A stretch of DNA of 64,000 nucleotides, taken from Giardia intestinalis. Lineage: Eukaryota. The stretch lies in assembly GCA_000002435.2 (NCBI GenBank), contig CM018793.1; one strand, 5' to 3'. Of the stretch, positions 59,675-64,000 are shown in pieces (the first letter of the stretch is position 1; each line of letters starts with the position of its first letter). The notes under the pieces were generated by a model that worked only from the letters and a program-made list of their open reading frames with translations, was not told the DNA's origin and ran no database searches. The translations under genes were made by a program, and so were the position numbers.

Positions 59675-62290
59675 CTAGTTGCCTGAGGTTCCTCCTTTCC
59701 CTTCGAGGATGGCTATTATCTTCTTTTGACCCAACTGCCTGGCTATGTCAAGGGCAGTCCTTTTACCATTATCCCTCATGTCTCCCTCCTCTTCCAGGAG
59801 CAGCCTGGCACACTCTGTGTGGCCATTCTGTGCTGCAAACATAAGGGCTGTTAGTCCACCACTCCCTTGCATTCCCCCCTCCTTCTCTAGGAGCAACTCG
59901 ACACACTTCTGATGGCCGTTCCCTGCTGCCCACATGAGAGCAGTCTTACCATTGCTATCCTTCATGCACCCTTCCCTCTCTAAAAGCAGCTCGACGCACT
60001 CTATCTTATTGTTCTGTGCTGCAAACATAAGGGCCGTCATTCCACCACTCCCCTGCATACGCCCTTCCTTTTCTAAGAGTAGCTTGACACATTCTATGTG
60101 ACCTTCCTTTGCTGCAGCTATGAGGGCGGTCCATCCGTCAGTCCTCTGCATGCGCCCCTCCTTCTCTAGGAGTAGCTCGACGCACTCTGGGTAGCCTTTC
60201 TCTGCTGCCCTCATCAGTGCTGTTTCCCTGTAGGTGAGCCAGTGGCCTATCTTGACATCCCCCGTCGCTGTCTGTTTCCCCTGGAGGGGAGCAAGTGCCT
60301 TCACAGTCGTCAAATCGTTTCTGTCGACAGCTCTCATGAGCGCTGTGACTCCATCCTTATCGGTGGGATCGAGGAGCTCCACGATGTCCTTGCACCCCGC
60401 CCTCGCTGCTATGATCAGTGCAGTGTCTCCATTGCTATTCTTTTTGTCCTTGTCAGAAAGGTACTTCTTGACTGTTGTGACGTCCCCATCCGCAGCAGCG
60501 CGCATGAGTGGGGTCCAGGATGAGACATCATGCTCACTCGTGCGCTTACAGAGCAGTCTGGCACAGTCTGGATGACCATATCTCTCGGCTACATCGAGGG
60601 CGGTCTCTCTATCATTATTTTTTATATCCTTTTCTCTCTCTAGGAGTAGCCTAGCACAGTCTGAGTGGCCATATTTTGCTGCACACATAAGAGCGGTCCA
60701 TCCGCCACTATCTCTCATGCCTCCCTCCTTCTCCAGGAGTAGCTTAATACATTCTAGGTGACCTTTCTCTGCTGCAAACATGAGGGCTGTCATTCCATCA
60801 CCCCTCTGCATGCACCCCTCTTTCTTTAGGAGCAATCTGGCACAGCCTGTGTGCCCGCTGTGTGCTGCAAACATAAGGGCGGTCCATCCATTATTATCTC
60901 TCAGACCTCCCTCCTTTTCTAGGAACAACTCGACGCACTCCGGGTGGCCATACCATGCTGCAAACATGAGGGCGGTCCATCCACTACTATCCCTGAGACC
61001 CTCCTCCTTCTCTAGAAGCACCTTCGCTGCCCCTGCATGACCACGTGCTGCTGCCCTCATCAGTGCTGTTCCCTTACAGATGGGCCAGCGGCCTATCTTG
61101 ACATCCCCCGTCGCTTTCTGTCCCCCCTGAAGGGGGAGGAGGGCCCGCACGGCCGGTAGGTTGCTTCTATCAGCAGCTCTCATGAGGGCAGTGACTCCAT
61201 CCTCGTCGGTGGGATCGAGGAGCTCCACTATGTTCTTGTGCCCTGCCCTTGCAGCTATGATTAGCGCAGTCTCGCCGTCATTGTTCTTCTTATCTTTGTC
61301 CGAAAGGTACTTCTTGACCGCCTCAACGTTTCCGTCTGCAGCAGCGTTCATGAGGGGCGTCCAAAACGAACCTTCATGCTTGCGAAGAAGCAAAGCTATA
61401 TCTGTGTGCTTGTTCATGAGGGCATGCATAACGGCGGTGTTTCCGTCCTTATCCTTCATCTCCTTCTCGTGCTCGAAGAGGATCTCCACTGCTCCCTGGT
61501 GGCCCTGACGTGCAGCCCACATGAGTGCCGTCATCCCAGTGATATCTGCACGCCTCTTCTCATGGAGACTGCTCTTGATTGCATTGGTGTCCCCAAAGTA
61601 TGCAGAGTAGATAAGGTTTGTCCAGCCTAAGGCATCACGCTCGCCTTTGCGCTCACAGAGCAATCTGACACAGCCTGTGTGGCCATTGTATGCTGCAAAC
61701 ATGAGAGCAGTCCACCCATTACTATCTCTCATGCCCCCCTCCTTTTCTAGAAGCAGTCTGGCACACTCTGTGTGGCCTTTCTCTGCCGCAAACATGAGGG
61801 CTGTCATTCCACCACTCTTCTGCATGCATCCTTCTTCTTCTAAGAGTAGCTTAACGCACTCTGTGTAACCATTTTGTGCTGCAAACATGAGGGCGGTCTT
61901 ATCATTGCTATCCTTCATGCGCCCCTCCTTCTCCAGGAGTAGCTTAATACATTCTAGGTGGCCGTTCTGTGCTGCAAACATGAGGGCGGTCTTGCGGTTG
62001 CTATCCCTCACGCCGTTTTCTTCCTTCACAAGTAGCTCTACCACTCTTTCGTGCCCACGCACTGCAGCTATCATTAGAGCTGTTCCATCACGTATGACCC
62101 AGCGGCCTATCTTGACACTCCCCTTATTCGGTCCAAGCTGAGTAGGTTGATCATCAATAATCCTTTCCACTTCCTCCGCATTACCTTTGTAAGCAGCCCA
62201 CATGAGGTCAGTTGCAAAATAGTCCCTCGTAAGAGCAAAAGTGCCAACTTCTTCGCCTTCAACTTCTCTAGCAGGAACGTCACTCAGCAT
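59675..62290 (-). CDS. Ankyrin-repeat protein (871 aa, ~24 repeats) of Giardia Protein 21.1 type
   Basis: The repeat LLEKEGxMxDSxGxTALMFAAxxGHxECxxLLLE recurs throughout. There is a three-fold modular substructure, each module beginning ...KIGRW...TALM.AA.RGH. The start codon is preceded by aataaaaa. Confidence 0.9.
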   Translation of the reverse strand: MLSDVPAREVEGEEVGTFALTRDYFATDLMWAAYKGNAEEVERIIDDQPTQLGPNKGSVKIGRWVIRDGTALMIAAVRGHERVVELLVKEENGVRDSNRKTALMFAAQNGHLECIKLLLEKEGRMKDSNDKTALMFAAQNGYTECVKLLLEEEGCMQKSGGMTALMFAAEKGHTECARLLLEKEGGMRDSNGWTALMFAAYNGHTGCVRLLCERKGERDALGWTNLIYSAYFGDTNAIKSSLHEKRRADITGMTALMWAARQGHQGAVEILFEHEKEMKDKDGNTAVMHALMNKHTDIALLLRKHEGSFWTPLMNAAADGNVEAVKKYLSDKDKKNNDGETALIIAARAGHKNIVELLDPTDEDGVTALMRAADRSNLPAVRALLPLQGGQKATGDVKIGRWPICKGTALMRAAARGHAGAAKVLLEKEEGLRDSSGWTALMFAAWYGHPECVELFLEKEGGLRDNNGWTALMFAAHSGHTGCARLLLKKEGCMQRGDGMTALMFAAEKGHLECIKLLLEKEGGMRDSGGWTALMCAAKYGHSDCARLLLEREKDIKNNDRETALDVAERYGHPDCARLLCKRTSEHDVSSWTPLMRAAADGDVTTVKKYLSDKDKKNSNGDTALIIAARAGCKDIVELLDPTDKDGVTALMRAVDRNDLTTVKALAPLQGKQTATGDVKIGHWLTYRETALMRAAEKGYPECVELLLEKEGRMQRTDGWTALIAAAKEGHIECVKLLLEKEGRMQGSGGMTALMFAAQNNKIECVELLLEREGCMKDSNGKTALMWAAGNGHQKCVELLLEKEGGMQGSGGLTALMFAAQNGHTECARLLLEEEGDMRDNGKRTALDIARQLGQKKIIAILEGKGGTSGN

Positions 62291-62940
62291 TTTTTATTCC
62301 ATCAAAGCTAAAATAGAGTAAATGATATAATGTCATTCCATGTATGATAGCATAACTATGCGCTTGCTCTTCTTTTCTTACTTTGCTAGTAATTATGTAA
62401 CATATGGTGTTCACTGCGCCCATGACCCCGGCCTCTGTCCCTTCGTGCTGCAACTGACCGGGATCTTGTGACAGTCATGATCTCCGACGCCTTATGTTTA
62501 CATCTGTGAGTCTTCTATGGTTGAGAAGAATGTCTGTACGAACAGTATGGGGCTCTCCCATGGTTCGCAGCTACACCCATTGCAGAATCTCCCTGAAAAT
62601 AGCCTGCACCACTTCCCCGTCATCCTATCGGAGGAAAGATCAATCTCTTTGTTGCTAATATTTGCGGTGAGAAAGCCAAGCGCAAGGCTGTCGTGCATCG
62701 AAGTCCATTTCTGTAGACCGTAGCAAGCTCCCGCTTTGGTTTGAAAAGCTTCACTGAACCTGCTCTACAGCTGACCATCTAATGCATACTCTTCTATCTG
62801 TCTGAGCAGTAAATTGTAAGGTCAACTAAACCTCAGACATCTTCCTTTTCTAAAATTAGGATTATAGGCTTCATCATGATGGGTATGAGGTTATGACAGC
62901 AATCCTTTGACCTGGGAAGAAGAGTGACAGGGTATCTTGT

Positions 62941-63525
62941 TTATGAACGTGCTTGTTTATATATGAACGTCAAAAGACTGCCTAGCGCACGGAGAAACTT
63001 AAACCCGATTTGAGAATTTAGCCAAGTTCTGCAGTTTGCGAACCTAGCACGAGCCTGCAGTTCATGGGTGTCTATCCCCACAACCCCAAGTATCCAAGGA
63101 AGACCTCCTGTTACTAGATTTAAGTAGGATGCCTGGTAGTCCTTCCCTTGCAGCGCACGTTCGAGACAAGCCCGGAGATCTTCAGCTGCGCACGACTGCA
63201 TTCGCCGGGCCTTCAGTAACTGAATAAGTGGCGCAATCCCTAATCGCACTTGTGATATCTCTTTGCCATCCCCACCGGCGATCTGTTCTCGAGCTCTCCA
63301 CTCCAAGAGAACTCGCTTAATCACAATCAGGGAATACAGCTGTGCATCGTAGGACACTTGCCCGTCTGACAAGTATCGGGAGTTGTATTTATGCAGCTTT
63401 GGGTTGGCGAGTAGCTCCCTCACTTGCGCTGCAAGGGGAGATGCACACAGTGGGCAAGCCTCAACCTGCCCTGAGAGTTTCACAAGCGCCCGGAGACGCG
63501 CAGACGAAGAGAAGGAGAGGGACAC
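62941..63525 (-). CDS. Hypothetical protein (194 aa)
   Basis: This is an ORF. No domain was recognised. Confidence 0.4.
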   Translation of the reverse strand: MSLSFSSSARLRALVKLSGQVEACPLCASPLAAQVRELLANPKLHKYNSRYLSDGQVSYDAQLYSLIVIKRVLLEWRAREQIAGGDGKEISQVRLGIAPLIQLLKARRMQSCAAEDLRACLERALQGKDYQASYLNLVTGGLPWILGVVGIDTHELQARARFANCRTWLNSQIGFKFLRALGSLLTFIYKQARS

Positions 63526-63548
63526 TTCTATTTACTACTTCTATTTAC

Positions 63549-63950
63549 TTAAACATAGATAAGGTCATCCAGGACCCGACCCTTTGCATACCCTGGCCGG
63601 CTAAGAATGTCACTGCCATCCTTGGTGGTGCACAGACCAACTGTGTTGTTTGCGGCAGCAACCGCTGAGGCGTAGGCGCCAAAGAGCGTCGCATGCGCCA
63701 CACCATCACCAACGCCACGCGGAAGCGGCCGACCATGGCTGACAGCAGGTGACCCTGAACTCAGCCCCATGGTGCTATCGCGGGACATAGACGAGCGCGC
63801 AAGTGCAGAGTCCTCCAGAAAGCCTGCGGAGCCAGAGAAGATGGGCGCCTTGCCGGCTGAGTAGCTGAGGTAGTCTATGCTCTCAAAGTTGTCATAAACC
63901 GGCCTAGAAACGTCGCGCGAAGACTCCATGCAAGAGCGGATGCTTCTCAC
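63549..63950 (-). CDS. Hypothetical ORF. It may be a 3' fragment of a gene continuing beyond the window end.
   Basis: The coordinates come from the six-frame ORF track. My own read of the last lines is off by 1 nt from that track, so I have not verified the start. The reading frame may stay open to the window edge. Confidence 0.25.
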   Translation of the reverse strand: MRSIRSCMESSRDVSRPVYDNFESIDYLSYSAGKAPIFSGSAGFLEDSALARSSMSRDSTMGLSSGSPAVSHGRPLPRGVGDGVAHATLFGAYASAVAAANNTVGLCTTKDGSDILSRPGYAKGRVLDDLIYV

Positions 63951-64000
63951 TGCGCGATCGTCGTGGTCCGACGACGAAAGGAATCTGCTAGTGGTGGTTA

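Overview
This window reads as a compact, apparently intron-free nuclear locus from a diplomonad, most likely Giardia or a close relative. The evidence for that placement is:
- Ankyrin repeats with the TALMxAAxxGH signature of Giardia Protein 21.1 and NEK kinase families.
- A GAPDH that begins [15 protein letters not shown].
- A cysteine-rich type I membrane protein resembling high-cysteine membrane proteins.
- Short A/T-rich initiator-like elements of the form AAAAATTAAAAC a few nucleotides upstream of start codons.
- Intergenic spacers as short as 11 to 63 nt.

The first 10.6 kb is an unusual structure. Two near-identical 3.6 kb GC-rich arms with no credible ORFs lie in inverted orientation (1-3595 and 7031-10627). 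The only difference I found between them is a 1-bp indel. They flank a 3.4 kb AT-rich unique core that carries one complete kinase plus ankyrin-repeat gene. To the right of the structure lies a roughly 6 kb stretch (10628-16567) with no credible gene, which includes a diverged third partial copy of an arm segment.

The rest of the window (16.5-64 kb) is densely packed with about 30 genes. Those I can recognise are:
- An RNase P Rpr2/Rpp21-like protein.
- A TPR protein.
- A protein with a paired/Tc1-like HTH domain.
- Two divergent protein kinases, one of them a predicted pseudokinase.
- A 1906-aa protein with an N-terminal pseudokinase, a degenerate P-loop-like motif and a long helical region.
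- GAPDH.
- A bromodomain protein.
- Signal peptidase complex subunit SPCS1.
- An MPN (Rpn8/eIF3f-like) protein.
- A SNF2-family helicase.
- A tRNA-His(GTG) packed 15 nt from a kinase start codon.
- A 24-repeat ankyrin protein.

A 288-bp segment from the 3' coding region of one gene (35430-35717) is duplicated without change 24 kb away (59325-59612). The second copy is a pseudogene fragment next to the tRNA and a GC-rich stretch without ORFs. Everything here was done by eye from the sequence and the ORF translations. No database searches were run.
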